The notes under the pieces were generated by a model, which ran no database searches, had not been told where the DNA came from, and saw only the letters and a list, made by a program, of their open reading frames with translations. A DNA stretch of 62,753 bases, counting the filler, from Asterionella formosa (lineage: Eukaryota): the NCBI GenBank assembly GCA_002256025.1. It is 6 parts of 6 records of this genome, joined end to end, with 100 filler letters (N's around TTAATTAATTAA, not from the genome) between each part and the next. Parts side by side here need not be neighbours in the genome. Positions count along the whole stretch, not along the records: positions 1 to 27,727 come from NKIB01001420.1; positions 27,828 to 55,524 come from NKIB01001426.1; 4 more parts are not named here. One strand, 5' to 3'. This document shows, piece after piece, positions 24,959 to 37,649 of the stretch (position 1 is its first letter; every line of letters starts with the position of its first letter). A program made the position numbers and the translations under genes.

Positions 24959-27502
24959 AGGAGCTCTGTTTGTGTTGATATAACGTTAAGATTTAATGGT
25001 ACAGACAAAATCTCTCGATCTCAATATATAGGAATATTGCCGTCTTGTGTGATCGGAATTTTTTAAAGTTGGATCGTACATTTCTAAAGCATTAGATCTT
25101 AAACCTTTAAAGCATACGATAGAACAATAAAGTAGGAAAGCATTACACATTTGAAAAATTTCGAAATTTTGACATGATGTGATCATTGATGATATTTACT
25201 TCACAACCTCCACAAATGTCGAGTTCGTTACAAATAGCTTAATGTAAAATGTATTTAATTATTGTACATGATTAAAGTTCTAAATGAATAATGTTGAATA
25301 TATATTCATAAAAACACTTATAGTTATATAGCTATGATTGATTCAAATTATAAAATACACTGGCATCGAAGGATGCCACCATAGTAACACTACTGCACAC
25401 CAAAAAAACACAGACAAAACCAAATATGCTGATACAGATGCATTCTGCCTACAAGAAGATCTTGGCTTCTCCTCACTATGGGACATCCGTGTTTCCATAT
25501 TAGATGCCCTTCACCCACCCACGTAACAACATCATCGTTTCTGCGGTAGAAACCCGCTGGTGGAGAAGACAATAGAAGTGCGCAAACGTGTACAAAAAAT
25601 TCTTTTGCACGAAACTTAATCCAACACTTTGCCAACATGTCACCAGCATGTTAAATATGATCGCTAAGCAATACCACAGATTATGTGGAAAAGACAAAGC
25701 AATCATCTTGCTCTTCATGTTAAAAAATTCCAAAATATGAGACTCATCAAGTCTGCCAATGTCAGCAAATGTAGGCCATACCTGGCCAGCGAGGTATGCA
25801 TTATGAAAGACCAAAATAATTGTCCTCTTTCTTCGCACAGTCGCCCCTTACAGTGTGCCTGCACGATACTAAATACTACCAGATTTACGATCGTTCAAAT
25901 ACCATTAAATTTATGATGGTAGTCCCTGGCTTTCTTGTCATACTACCTACGCAACCATTTATGGCTTGTCTGACACCCCAAATTGTGCGTTCAATGCTTT
26001 TACGACCAAATGCAAGCATGCACACCTTCTACCCCTATAATCCGTCTACTATTGCCAGGCCACTACAGCAGCTATTCTGAGATTGAATAACACCTCTTGT
26101 ACCCATACTCCTTCATGGGTTATTCACCAACACAAATAAGATATCCATTTATGGAACTACGAATACACTTATCCCCCACCAAGAAAAATATTGGTACTCA
26201 CCAATACAAGAGCATTGTGCCTAGTATACTATGGGGCCTCATCTTCAAAATCGGTCACTTTACTGGTGATCCTCTTCACAATACTATTATAACAATCACC
26301 CCTATAATGGTCATCTTACCTGCAAAGAGATTATGTGAGGGAAAACATTTGGGCAATCCCAGGGTAATGTGCACATTCGCATCCCATTCTGGGTCAGGCC
26401 AACGAATATACTACATAAAGGACAGCACCAATGCCATGCATATGCGACCCTGGCAACACCAACAGCTGACACACGCACCAACAGCCTAGCTACATGCTCA
26501 CATGCCAAGCAAGCTGGTCTACGTAGAATACTAGCTAGTACATCCCGTAGTAGTATATCCACTGACTCTGCAGTCTATACATTCCACCAGCCGGAATTCA
26601 CATTTTCCAGCACATGGAATCCACAAAAGAATAGTTCATTTTATACAAAAATTACAAGTATGAACATTGCTCTTCCATACATGCCAAGGAACAACTTTGT
26701 CTGAAACAGAATCAACGCATCTCCAATATTCGTCCCAAAACGTATGATTACCCTGTTTAAGGATGACTCTCAGCAGTGAAAAAAGAAATAAGGATGACTC
26801 TCAGTTTTTAGTTGGTACCTTTCTCACAGACAAGATTGTCGTGGCAGCATGTCTTAGGGTAGGTCAGAAAAGTGTGAACTAGCTACCGGTACCAGGTACT
26901 ATATTTGAGTCCTCCGAGTTATTCCCAATTCGTTGCTCGCGAAATTTGGAATTATAATCATTCATTGTGTTGTTTGATTTGGAACACTAGCGCTTGTTGT
27001 CCTTTTTGGAATTATATGATTCTTATCTTGTATACTACCCCATCAGCATATTTTGTACTCAACTGTTGAACCAGATGGAACAAACCAAACAAACAAGCAC
27101 GAGTCCCTACCATAAAAGAGGCATTCTCGTTTTCGGTCATTCGTTTAGTTATACGAATGAAGTAGAAGAATTTCGTAATTGTTCAGTCACGACGAGGAAA
27201 ATGTCTCGTCCATCATCATAAAAAATTGGTGGGACTTGACGGGAAAACCGGGTATCAAAATCGTTTTCGGATGGCCGGTTAGGATTTATTGGAAATGTCT
27301 CTTTAGGATAGAGCGACAATGACAGCATGTTCGATGGTCTTCCATATCTTTGTACCGGTAAATGGGGAGGAATATTTCAAGTCTTAACTCAACAGATATG
27401 ATTATTTCAACGATTCTCAATCTTCGTCCCTACTTACTAGCTAACCAACTGCCGAACAGCAACATTTGTTTGTTGGTCCTGATCCTTAGAGCATCGCCAC
27501 CG

Positions 27503-27724
27503 CATCGACCAAATACCAAAGCCAATTGCAGTTGAAAATATCAATACACGTCACTTGGTTGAGAATTTTTTTATCAATAGTCGAATTTTTCATATTTTTC
27601 CCCACCGCATCGACCAAATCCTAGAATAGTCAAATCTCGCGCCGAAACTTTTAGCGAATAGAAATAGCACTAGAATTTTATTACATGTGTATCGTTATTT
27701 TAATAAACCCGATTACTACCAATA
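27503..27724. repeat. Dispersed repeat (probable transposon/MITE end), homologous in reverse orientation to 31660-31881
   Basis: catcgaccaaataccaaagccaattgcagttgaaa...ccaccgcatcgaccaaatccta...aaacccgattactaccaa is the diverged reverse complement of 31660-31881. Confidence 0.85.
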
Positions 27725-27727
27725 AGA

Positions 27728-27827
27728 NNNNNNNNNNNNNNNNNNNNNNNNNNNNNNNNNNNNNNNNNNNNTTAATTAATTAANNNNNNNNNNNNNNNNN
27801 NNNNNNNNNNNNNNNNNNNNNNNNNNN
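27728..27827. other. Artificial contig linker N44-TTAATTAATTAA-N44 (also at 55525-55624, 57333-57432, 59141-59240 and 60948-61047)
   Basis: Five identical 100-bp spacers; TTAATTAATTAA places stops in all six frames. Confidence 0.98.
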
Positions 27828-28689
27828 CAAGATGCAACTTCCAAGATTCGTTGGTCTGGTTTCTGCTCAATTGAATTTTCGGTGGACAAGGTACCGTCGC
27901 TTTCCCTCTGTTGATCTTTTAATGGAAGCCAGCAAAGATGATGAACTCCACAATAATCTCGCCTTGACATCATGTAGACTGAGGGTCGAGGGCTGATCAT
28001 TCAAGTGCACAACTGCGCTCTGTATCTTCGAATAACAGCGCCGTAGAACGCCTGTACAGGGCCGTCCAGTCTCTCCTCTGTATTGTCCTCAATAGGCTCT
28101 GACTGCTTTAGTTGAGGCCATCAGGGTCAATTTGAACACAATGATGTGCATGTGTAGTATGAGTAGCAGCTGTCACGGCAGTGTCATCAAGCCAACTGAT
28201 ATCCGTGTACTAGCAAAAAATAATTGGTGGTTTATATGAAGGCTATGTAGGCTAGGGTTTAAGGGTTTAAAAAAGAGGGGGACGAAATATCGATATAGGG
28301 GGACGAAATATCTTTTTCCTATATATATAGAAAAAAATATATAGCATTGGTGATGGTAAAAATTGTAATTTACAGTATGTATCAATAAAAATGAACGTGA
28401 TTTTTGGAGCATCCAAAGTATGATATGCAATGTAACAAGTAGAGCCATATAAGAAATAAACAAAATGGTTTTGGGTTAGAAATGAAGTGAAAATTTGAGG
28501 AGACATATGCAATTTATGCAGGGTGGAACATTGGCCCAGCACTTGTGGTGACTCATGGTGATTGTGGACTGTAGATGTTTAGAGGTGTTGGTGAGCTATT
28601 TTAATTAAGAGAACAAAATTATTCACCAGATTTGACATACTTGTGTTGTCTGCAAAAGAAAACATCTTATTCATGTGTTGCACACCTTA

Positions 28690-29140
28690 TAATGACAATC
28701 ATATGATCATATATTTTTTCAATATATCATTTCTTATGTATAATAATTGTCATTATAGAGAATATTGTAAGTATAAATGTATAGAAACATGTATTTATGA
28801 AATATTTACCATCACACTACTACAACAATCAGCAATTGCTCAATCAATTGACATTCATTCCAAGCTTGTAATCAAAGTCCAAGGCACATCAATGAATTAT
28901 CTGCAAATAAAGCAACTTTGTCATGTGATGCATAAAATAATGACAATCTTATGATCATATTATTTCAATTTATAATGTAATATGTATAATAATTGTTGTC
29001 ATTGAAAAATTGAAAGTATAAATATATAGATACATGTATTTATGTAATGTTTACCATCACAGCACTACAACAATCATCAATTGCTCAATCAATTGACATT
29101 CATTCCAAGCTTGTAATCGAAGTCCAAGGCACATCAATGC
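28690..29140. repeat. ~250-bp tandem duplication that includes the transposase 3' end
   Basis: aatgacaatc.tatgatcatat...tttaccatcaca..actacaacaatca.caattgctcaatcaattgacattcattccaagcttgtaatc.aagtccaaggcacatcaatg occurs twice. Confidence 0.85.
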
Positions 29141-29700
29141 ACATGAATCTTCATCCTTGTTACAATGTCTTCGATTGCCACTGGAACAGGCATGTTGATA
29201 GCACTGCTGCTGTAGTGATGGATTGAATTGGCCAGAGTCTATGGCATGACATGGTAAGCCAACATGTACTGATGAGCTCGAAAATCTTTTCGTTCCTCCT
29301 CTGATAGAAATTATCTAATGCTTCCCCTTTCCCCCTTCATTTCTCTTTCAGTGACAAGTTTCGCTTGCTCGGTATGCCCCTTTGGCACAGATGGCAGCAC
29401 ACATTTATGCAACTCCCTGCCTCTCTGCAAGCAATTTCTGCATGAAACTTTGGTGAAAAAATGTCCTCAAGGCAACTGACTCCAAGCTTGGTCCCAGCCA
29501 GTGTGCTCATCATTCCCTTTTTCTCTTTCAACATGTGAGTGCACATTGACATGATGTGTCTCAAACTTGAATTAAGGTTGACGATGTCATGTGCATCTTG
29601 CTTGCTGTCCAGTCAAAGTGGTATCATAGTAAGGTAAGCAAGGTTTGCCATCGCTCTGTGACACTCTTTACCAGGGAATAAGAAACATTACAGTTCTTTG
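29090..29700 (-). mobile_element. Decayed DDE transposase, copy 2
   Basis: SPKFHAEIA...NLSLKEK and an H.CALDFDYK tail match the copy at 21369-22184; many stops. Confidence 0.65.
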
Positions 29701-31086
29701 AAAATACAGGAGCAGGCGACCCAGTCTCAGCCAAGAAGGGTATGATGTGCAAGACATGTCCAACCTCTCTGAACTCCATTCCTTGTCGCTTTGATGCTCA
29801 AAAAACTCGTTCTCACGATGATTCATGAACTCAACACAAATGAAAATCGGTAAAAACAGAATTGATGTGACGATAACATTCACATGGAATCCATTGCCGG
29901 AACACCAATGATGTGACAACAAAATGGACATGGAAACAACTACTAATGCTGGAACACCAATGACACTGTCGCATACAAATAACCTAACATTGGTATCTAT
30001 AGGTGATGGAGGGTACGCAATGACGCAATAGCACGTTTTCGTACAAACAACCTAACATTGGTCTCTATATACTAGGTGATGGAGGGTACACAGCAACATG
30101 GGAACATAGAAACAGCCCACCATTAGTACCTATATTTACTGGCAATTGCTCATGCATCATTTATGAGGACCAGAATGTGTTATCTGTAAAGTCTTATGTT
30201 TATATGATAATGATGTCATTAATATGAGAAAAAATGATCAAAACTACTTTAAAGTATTAAGATACAATGATGTTAAAAGTAACATCATAATAGCTAAATA
30301 TTGTTATCTGTGATCTTATTTTATTGGCAGTCATTGCTCATCAGAAAGTATGATCTGTAATTCATTAACTTTGATTTGTATATCCTACAAGTTTGAGCAA
30401 AGCATATTTATTATATGATAAACGATGTCCATGATATGAGAAATGGAATCATCTAATTATTATATGATTTGTACCATATGAAAAATGATGAATGACCCAA
30501 GCTAATTGAGGGGCTTAATTAAATCACCGACTTGTAGGTACAAGAATTGATATGGAAATAATTCAAAAAGGACATCATTTCGTGGAAAACAATGATATCC
30601 TCATGCATTGCTTGTATAAATTTGAATTATAAGGAAAAACACGCGTTCTTGTTCAATTCTGTTGATAACATAAAGGAAGTTATCTGTACTCAGAACTGTT
30701 TTGATTGACCGTAATGAATCAGTGATGAAACATAGGAAATCGTCTATTTCTGCTGCTCTTGGTGGCATATTGTTGTCTTTCTGATGTAGTCAAAAATCTC
30801 GAGGAAAGTGAGTTTTCCATAAAATCATCGCTGGTCCTATATGTTTCCGAAATTTCTGTGAAGTTTCAAATGATGTTTTGTTAAACAAGCCAGACTCTAG
30901 GACCACATAGAATTTGATGAGAACAAAATCCAGGACACTGTCATCTATTCTTGGTGTCTCCTTAACAAGGAAGCAGAAATGGATAATGGTCTATCAACTA
31001 AAGGATTAGACAGTGGGCGAGTGCTGGATTGGAAGCGATGCAGCACCAACATACTCAGTAATAGACATAAGATTGGTAGCGCAAAG

Positions 31087-31361
31087 CTACAGTTTTACAG
31101 TACCAGCATAGTAATAGGTACAGTTTCACTGTAGCCACGTCATGTTCCGACCGGGTATTGAGACAAGGGGAAGAATGGAATGCTGGCTGGTAGTAGGGCA
31201 AACCTACAGTTTCACAGTACCAGAATAGAAATAGGTACAGTTTCACTGTAGCCACGTCATGTTCTGACCGGGTATTGAAAGAAGGGGAAGAAGGGAATGC
31301 TGGTAGGGCAAACCTACAGTTTCGCAGTACCAGCGTAGTAATAGGTACAGTTTCACTGTAG
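31087..31361. repeat. ~115-bp tandem repeat, about 2.4 copies
   Basis: Recurring unit ctacagtttcacagtaccag.atag.aataggtacagtttcactgtagccacgtcatgttc.gaccgggtattga...gggcaaac. Confidence 0.9.
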
Positions 31362-31454
31362 GAATTGTACCTGTAGTCCACCAAGCCAATTGAAGTTGGA
31401 GTCATTACACATCATGATGCATTGTGTTGGTCGAAAACGCAAAACATTTTACCA

Positions 31455-31881
31455 CTACATCGACCAAGACCAAATATGCTTTCGTCTTGATTGAGGACGA
31501 CCCCCTTATCGACCAAATATCAGGTATTTGGTCGATTAGACTCCGACCATAACCAAACAAAGGAACAAGCGTTTCAATTGTTATAGATTATGGCTCGCGC
31601 TGGCAACATCATAACGTCAAATATGAGTACCACACACCACACAGTCCCATCATTTTCTAATTGGTAGTAATCGGGTTTACTGATATAACAGTACACACAT
31701 GTAACAACAATCTAGTGCTATTTCTATTCTCTAAAAATTTCGGCATGAGATTTGACTATTTTAGGATTTGGTCGATGCGGTGGGAAAAAATATGAAAAAT
31801 TGACTATTGGTAAAAAATTTCTAAACCATATGACGTGTTTTAATACTTTCAACTGCAATTGGCTTTGGTATTTGGTCGATG
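31455..31881. repeat. MITE-like repeat rich in TCGACCAA/TTGGTCGA motifs
   Basis: Bounded by acatcgaccaa and ttggtcgatgt, with an internal hairpin atcgaccaaata..tatttggtcgat; the right half is homologous to 27503-27724. Confidence 0.6.
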
Positions 31882-32573
31882 TATTGGAGATACTCTTATC
31901 ATTATACCTATTCATGAGTTAACGTACTCAACCAAAAGCACCACCATTATCAATCAGCTGGTTGATTTAACATTGCTACCTGTAGTACATTAGTGGTTTT
32001 CTCGCGCTATTTTGTGCTCAAGTGGTATCTCAATGGCCGATTTTTCCAAAATAAGAAATGAGTACATACCGGGTAGTAACATGAAGTATTACAGTACAGG
32101 CATTTCTTGAGAGGCTCAACTAAAATTTCGGTGAAACTCGAAGAAGAAGTTTTACCTATAGGAAAAACAGGCTAAAACATCCCGGAAAACACAAACGTTG
32201 CATTTGTTTATGATGAGCGGGCATGAGAGCCTGTATCAAACATGTCCTTCTGTACTCTTTTGTTTTTCTTAATATACCGGTATGGTTGTCAATATTTTAG
32301 ATTGGTCGTATGTACATGTTGCTAACAACGGTATATATTTTCCCACCTGTTTTTAAACAACATCTATGTCTCTTTTCATTGTTCCCTGATGATGGCTGGC
32401 TTGCTTTGTTATGTGAGGAGTTCGCTTCCTGCCGACACAAGAAGAACCCAAATCTCTCGTTCAAATTCTGTAAACAAACACTGAAAGCACATCATATTAC
32501 CGGTACCGGTAGTGAGAATCCCACTCGGTGACGCCTTTAGAACTCGTCCTAATCTTTCATTGAAAACGCTACT

Positions 32574-33596
32574 ATGGTTCGTCACGCGAACGCCGTCATT
32601 GCTATCATGGCAACCGGGATGGTACAGCTTGCTCCTCCATCAGCCAGCGCCTACTCGACAAACCCAACCTTCTCCAGAAACAGACGCACGTTGCTTCATG
32701 CTGCGTCGTGTCACCTATTTCCATCCACTCCCAAAAACATTTCGTCCCATGTGAGACCGATCTTCGTGAGAAATCTAGCGTTGGTTCTAAGTGCTACATT
32801 GGGGGTGAGCAAGCAATCACATAGTTATCGCGATTCTGACATTGGCGCAGAAATTACGGGTTTGAACGACATGGAAACGACCTTTTTGACATCAGACCTT
32901 ATGTCCTCTCTGTCGTCATTTGAAGAACCAGACGTTCGTTTAAGAGGCGATGTTGCTGAGGAGGATGAGGGAGAACGGTTCTGGAGTAATAAAGAAGAAC
33001 GTTTGATGCTTCCTGCTGAACATGAAGCAGTTGCAGTCATTCATCACGTGGATCCACCACCAGATGATCCATTTGCAAAGGAACTATACTGGAGTAATAA
33101 AGAAGAGCGGTTGATGCTCCCTTCAGAACATGAAGCAGTCGCGGTCATTCATCACGTGGATCCACCACCGGATGATCCATTTGCAAAGGAACTGTACTGG
33201 AGTAATAAAGAAGAGCGGTTGATGCTACCTGAAGAACATGAAGCAGGCGCAGTCATTCATCATGTAGATCCACCACCAGATGATCCATTTGCAAAGGAAC
33301 TGTACTGGAGTAATAAAGAAGAGCGGTTGATGCTTCCTGTTGAACATGAAACAAGAATCTATCATTTTGAGGATGAACTGGAAGATCCTTTGGAGAAGGA
33401 ACGTCTAGACAGATTAATACTTTGCAGAGAAAATGAACGAAAAGCACGAATTATGGAAGCCAGCAAACAACCCAAATCACCAGAGGTCGAAGCTTCCCTC
33501 AAAGAAAAATATGCTTCCATCAAGTCACTTGAAGAGCGAGTCTTTACGATCTTGTTAGATCTAGGAATGATTGAGATCACGGGAGACGAGTATTAG
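32574..33596 (+). CDS. Putative plastid-targeted protein with 3.4 tandem 36-aa His/acidic/Pro repeats
   Basis: 340-aa ORF; moderately hydrophobic N-terminus ending ASA-Y, then a Ser/Thr/Arg-rich stretch; 108-bp repeat units start at 32982, 33090, 33198 and 33306; C-terminal helix LKEKYASIKSLEERVFTILLDLGMI. Confidence 0.75.
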   Translation: MVRHANAVIAIMATGMVQLAPPSASAYSTNPTFSRNRRTLLHAASCHLFPSTPKNISSHVRPIFVRNLALVLSATLGVSKQSHSYRDSDIGAEITGLNDMETTFLTSDLMSSLSSFEEPDVRLRGDVAEEDEGERFWSNKEERLMLPAEHEAVAVIHHVDPPPDDPFAKELYWSNKEERLMLPSEHEAVAVIHHVDPPPDDPFAKELYWSNKEERLMLPEEHEAGAVIHHVDPPPDDPFAKELYWSNKEERLMLPVEHETRIYHFEDELEDPLEKERLDRLILCRENERKARIMEASKQPKSPEVEASLKEKYASIKSLEERVFTILLDLGMIEITGDEY

Positions 33597-33875
33597 AGGT
33601 TTTACCTTTATAATGAACTTTTTTGAATAATATACCTATGTGTAACTACATCGAACATAATAATTATGTATTAGTTATTTTTTCATCAAACTAAAAAATT
33701 GAAGTAACAAAAAATAGTCAACATTTATAAGGGAAGCCTAAGATTTTGCATATGTATTATTTATTTCCAGGAATAATTATGATATACAGGCATGTCTAAA
33801 TAAATCACATAAAAAAACACAAATTTGACCTTTCAATAAGAATAGTTCCTCTCGAGCATTAATACATGGCAGCAT

Positions 33876-34385
33876 ATGCTCACATCGAACAGCACTCGCT
33901 TTCTCATGCGCTGGAGACTCCCTTCGCTTGCTTTTTCTACCATGACATTTGAAAACAGCGACGAAACGATGCGAACGATTCTCACAAAGAGCCGACGAAT
34001 TGCGTTAGTTGGCGCTTCGAAGAATCCAGCCCGGCCTTCGAATGAAGTTATGAAATTTCTGCTGAACTCGGGTTATACTGTCATTCCCGTGAATCCGGGC
34101 TGTTCTGGAGATACCATTCATGATCAAACTGTCTATGCAACCCTCCGAGATATTCCTGGGCCACCAGTAGATATGGTGGACATTTTTCGCAATTCCGAGG
34201 ATGCCGGTGGAGTTGTCGACGATGCGATCGATACTGGAGCCAAGGCGGTGTGGATGCAAATTGGGGTGATCAATGAGCCGGCAGCTCAACGAGCACTAGA
34301 AGCAGGGTTGCTAGTAGCTATGAATGTCTGTCCTCATCCAGAAAGTCATAGGTTGGGTATTCATGGCCCTGATGACAAATGTTAG
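33876..34385 (+). CDS. CoA-binding protein (YccU-like, CoA_binding_2)
   Basis: [17 protein letters not shown]...GY.VIPVNP...VDMVDIFR...[12 protein letters not shown]...NVC. Confidence 0.9.
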   Translation: MLTSNSTRFLMRWRLPSLAFSTMTFENSDETMRTILTKSRRIALVGASKNPARPSNEVMKFLLNSGYTVIPVNPGCSGDTIHDQTVYATLRDIPGPPVDMVDIFRNSEDAGGVVDDAIDTGAKAVWMQIGVINEPAAQRALEAGLLVAMNVCPHPESHRLGIHGPDDKC

Positions 34386-34678
34386 TTTTGCAAAAACGTG
34401 AATGCCTGATTTTGTTGTGATTGCTGTTATTGCCCACCTTTATCATCTTCTCATAGATGTAGGCCATGGAGCACAACCTGGAAAATTTTCAATAATAGGC
34501 TGCTAGGCTATATATATTTGCTATGACAATGACGATTGCTATCTTGAGTAATGCATTTTTTGGTTGAGTTATCGTTCTAGCTGCACCGATTGTAGGTTTT
34601 ATCCAATGGTTGGTTTGACATGGATCATTAAATAGCGAATAAATCATAAATGGATTCTTCCTTGATTTTCCACTTTCA

Positions 34679-37148
34679 TTAATATCGACCACCACCACGT
34701 CCACCATACCCACCACGCCCACGAAATGATCCACGGCCGCCTCGACTGGGATATGGAGGAGGCGCTCTTCGATCTGATCCTCCACCACGGCCAGCATCTC
34801 CTCCTCGCCCACCACCATGATAACGTCCACGGTAGTCATTGTCATCATAACTTTCAGATCTAGGTCGTTTCATAGGAGGACGATGATCCATCATCACCAT
34901 AGGCAGTACTGATGGTGGTGGTTCCTGTAAAAGAAAGAAGGAAAAAATATGATAAATTGAGTGGCATATCCTCCATATAATCCACCACCACACAGTGATA
35001 ATTGTCTAAATCTCTCTAGGACTAACTGCTACTCTAGATCTAGAGTGTTCTAGTACTGTAGTGTGCATGTGTAAAGAGTATAGTCCCCTTTTTGTCCAAT
35101 GAGTGAATATACATTTGGGAGTGAAGTGTCCACCATGACTCAAATCGAGATCACCAAAATGTCTTGGCTGGTCCAACAAAAAAGTTCTCACGCGTATATC
35201 ACTCCTTGTGCTTCTTTCCAATAGCATTCCTTCCATTTTCGATCGTCAACGAGGTACATATACCAGTGCACAATGACAACCACGCAAACAAAATAGCAAA
35301 CAAGCAAATAAGCCATATCACGAGATCTAACGAAACGCAGACAACCAATATGCAACAAACGAGGACGACACAATTGGAACAAGAGTTACGTACATGATCA
35401 TAATAACCACCTCGCCCACCATTGCCATGATCACCTCCTCCACCATATCGTCCACCGCCGCCACTACTACGATCAGAGCTATATCGTCCTCCGCTTCCGC
35501 TTCCGCTTCCCCTTCCACCTCGAAATGATTCCCGACCAGTACCACGACCATCATGAAATCGACCAGGAACAGCAACTGGTTTTATCTCATCTCGTCGAGC
35601 GGGTGTTGCAGTTCGAATTCCAGCCGGTCCCATGGCATATCCTGCTGGAGGTGCACGTTGTTTGCGTGCTTCACGCCTGGCTGCTTCTGCATCACCCTCT
35701 TCTTTGGGATCTGGTTCCTTTTTGTGAATCTCGTCCACTTTCACCTTGACAGCAGCAGTAACAACAGCAGGAGGAGGAGTTGTTGTTGATGTAGCCGTAT
35801 CAGTTGCTACATTAGCTGGTTCTGGAATAACAGGATGTGGGGTTTTGAGTTCCGCAGTGGTTTCTTCTTCCGCCTTTACTGGAAGTTCATCTGGTTCAAC
35901 AGCGAATACATCCCCTCCAAAGTCATCGTCACCTCCAAAGTCGTCGTCGTCGTCTTGAGGTTTTGTTCGATGAATCGTCCTTCTCGATACGATGACCCCC
36001 TTTTCCGCGGCATCACCTTCAAATAAGTTTCCAGGTGCTGAGTCGTCATACACATCTGTCTCTTGCTCATCTGGCTGCTCCTTTTCGATCTCTTGCATTT
36101 TTTCCATGACGCCATCGATAAAATGTTCAACAGCCTTTCTAAGTCCCACATTTGGCAACAAATCATCTGGACTAACTCCTTCATTTCCTGTCAATGGGCA
36201 CTTGAATCCCTGTTGCGTGAGTGCATCTCTAATGCACGTTTCACATGCCGTCCGCCCTTCTGGATCCCACGGCAACAGCATGGCGTCTTGAACAACCCCG
36301 AAGCACAAGGCACACTGCAAATGTTCCGGAATGGATGTGGCAGTAACCTTGAGAGCATAATCCAAGTCTCGATGTGAGCCTCCAGACAAGGCAGATTGGC
36401 CTCCTCCCCTGCTTTTGAGTTCTTCAAAGCCAATGGCGTTGGGTTGTAGTCTCGGCGCGTTGCTGGTGGCTTCGGAGTCTTGGTCCACTAGAGTTGATGT
36501 TAAATTGAGAAAAGTCCTCGGAATGCCCGTCGCTCTTTTCTTGGGCATTCCTTTCATTTCCTGATCCCTGAGTTCCGGATCTGCATTTAGCCGCGGAGGC
36601 TTCATATGATGACTTGCCCCAGGTCTGCTTGATGTCGGAGGCGGCGGCAGTCCTCCAGGCAACCCTCTTCTCTGCAGCGCATGTTGAGTCGCACCGCCGC
36701 CACTGCTGTTATTCGTCGCGTTGGTGGCTTCCGTAACAGCCATGAGCGCCGCCAGTTCCTGATCACTGCTGCCCACAAAGGCGTCCTCATCGTCATCGTT
36801 GGATCGAATGTCGTACATGCCAGTGGGCACCGTGGCAGAAGCAGCAGTCGCTGCACTCCGAGGCGGCGCATATTGACCAGCCGCAATACGATCCAGCAAT
36901 CCGTGTCCTCGAGCAGCAGGCAGTCGAGCGCAAATGATGCGAGTCCCACGTGGAATCCACATGGCTTCGTCCACGTAGTCTTCGTTCGTGGCGGCATTCT
37001 TAATCGACAGATCGAATTCTTGGGGCGAGGCGTCGAGCCGTTTGGCCTTGACGATGGCCTTTTTGACATCGAATAGTCGTGCGGCAGTGCCTGGCAAGTT
37101 CAGCGCTTCAAACTGAGTGGCCGCTTTGAATTTGAACAGAATGGACAT
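34679..37148 (-). CDS. RBBP6/Mpe1-like DWNN-RING E3 ligase (2 exons; intron 34925-35393)
   Basis: N-terminal DWNN (SILFKFKA...YVDE...IPRGT.II..RLP), KRATGIPRTFL, RING-like CALC...ACETCIR...CP...L.PN..LR, and an RGG-rich tail after the GT..AG splice. Confidence 0.85.
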
Positions 37149-37649
37149 TTGCGAAATATAAAAGGATGGAATGGGCTGGAGTGGAATGGAATGGAATGGA
37201 AGGATATGATTGAGATTGAGATTGTAGTAGTGTACGGCAGGTTAGTCTAGCGAATCGACCTTGCCAGATGGTAGCAACTGATGTGAGTATTGAACTAGCT
37301 TTGTAGAATAGTAGTCTAGAGTAGAGCTGCAATAATGAGAGATGGTTCTAATTCGCAAGGACAACAACAAGTGCAACCAACTGAATGATGGATACGCACA
37401 GAATCTTAGTTTTCTTGGGACACACACAGGTGGTAGGTATTTAGTAGAAAGAATGTACGGCAGAGCAATTACCGCTATGCTGAGGCTGAGATCATCTGCT
37501 GTCGACATCAAGCATCAATGACTCTCCGCCTATTTACCAAGGGTCCTGTAAAACATGTTTGTACCTATTAAAAGATTAAGCTAAATATCTCGACCATCGG
37601 ACTTTCTACATAAATACCTACCAGGTCGGTTTCAAAAAAATTTTGCATC

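Noticed and set aside
27772..27783. TTAATTAATTAA as a biological palindrome or piggyBac target site
   Set aside because: Identical in all five gaps and centred in Ns; it is a synthetic spacer.
27503..31881. A single 4.4-kb transposon bounded by ~220-bp inverted repeats
   Set aside because: The two arms lie on different contigs separated by an artificial linker, so their orientation is arbitrary.
32982..33350. CRISPR-like array
   Set aside because: Contiguous 108-bp in-frame coding repeats with no unique spacers, no cas genes, and a eukaryotic context.
35199..35393. Hydrophobic Cys-rich C-terminal tail on RBBP6
   Set aside because: Most likely read-through into a GT..AG intron; the spliced RGG exon is a more plausible terminus.
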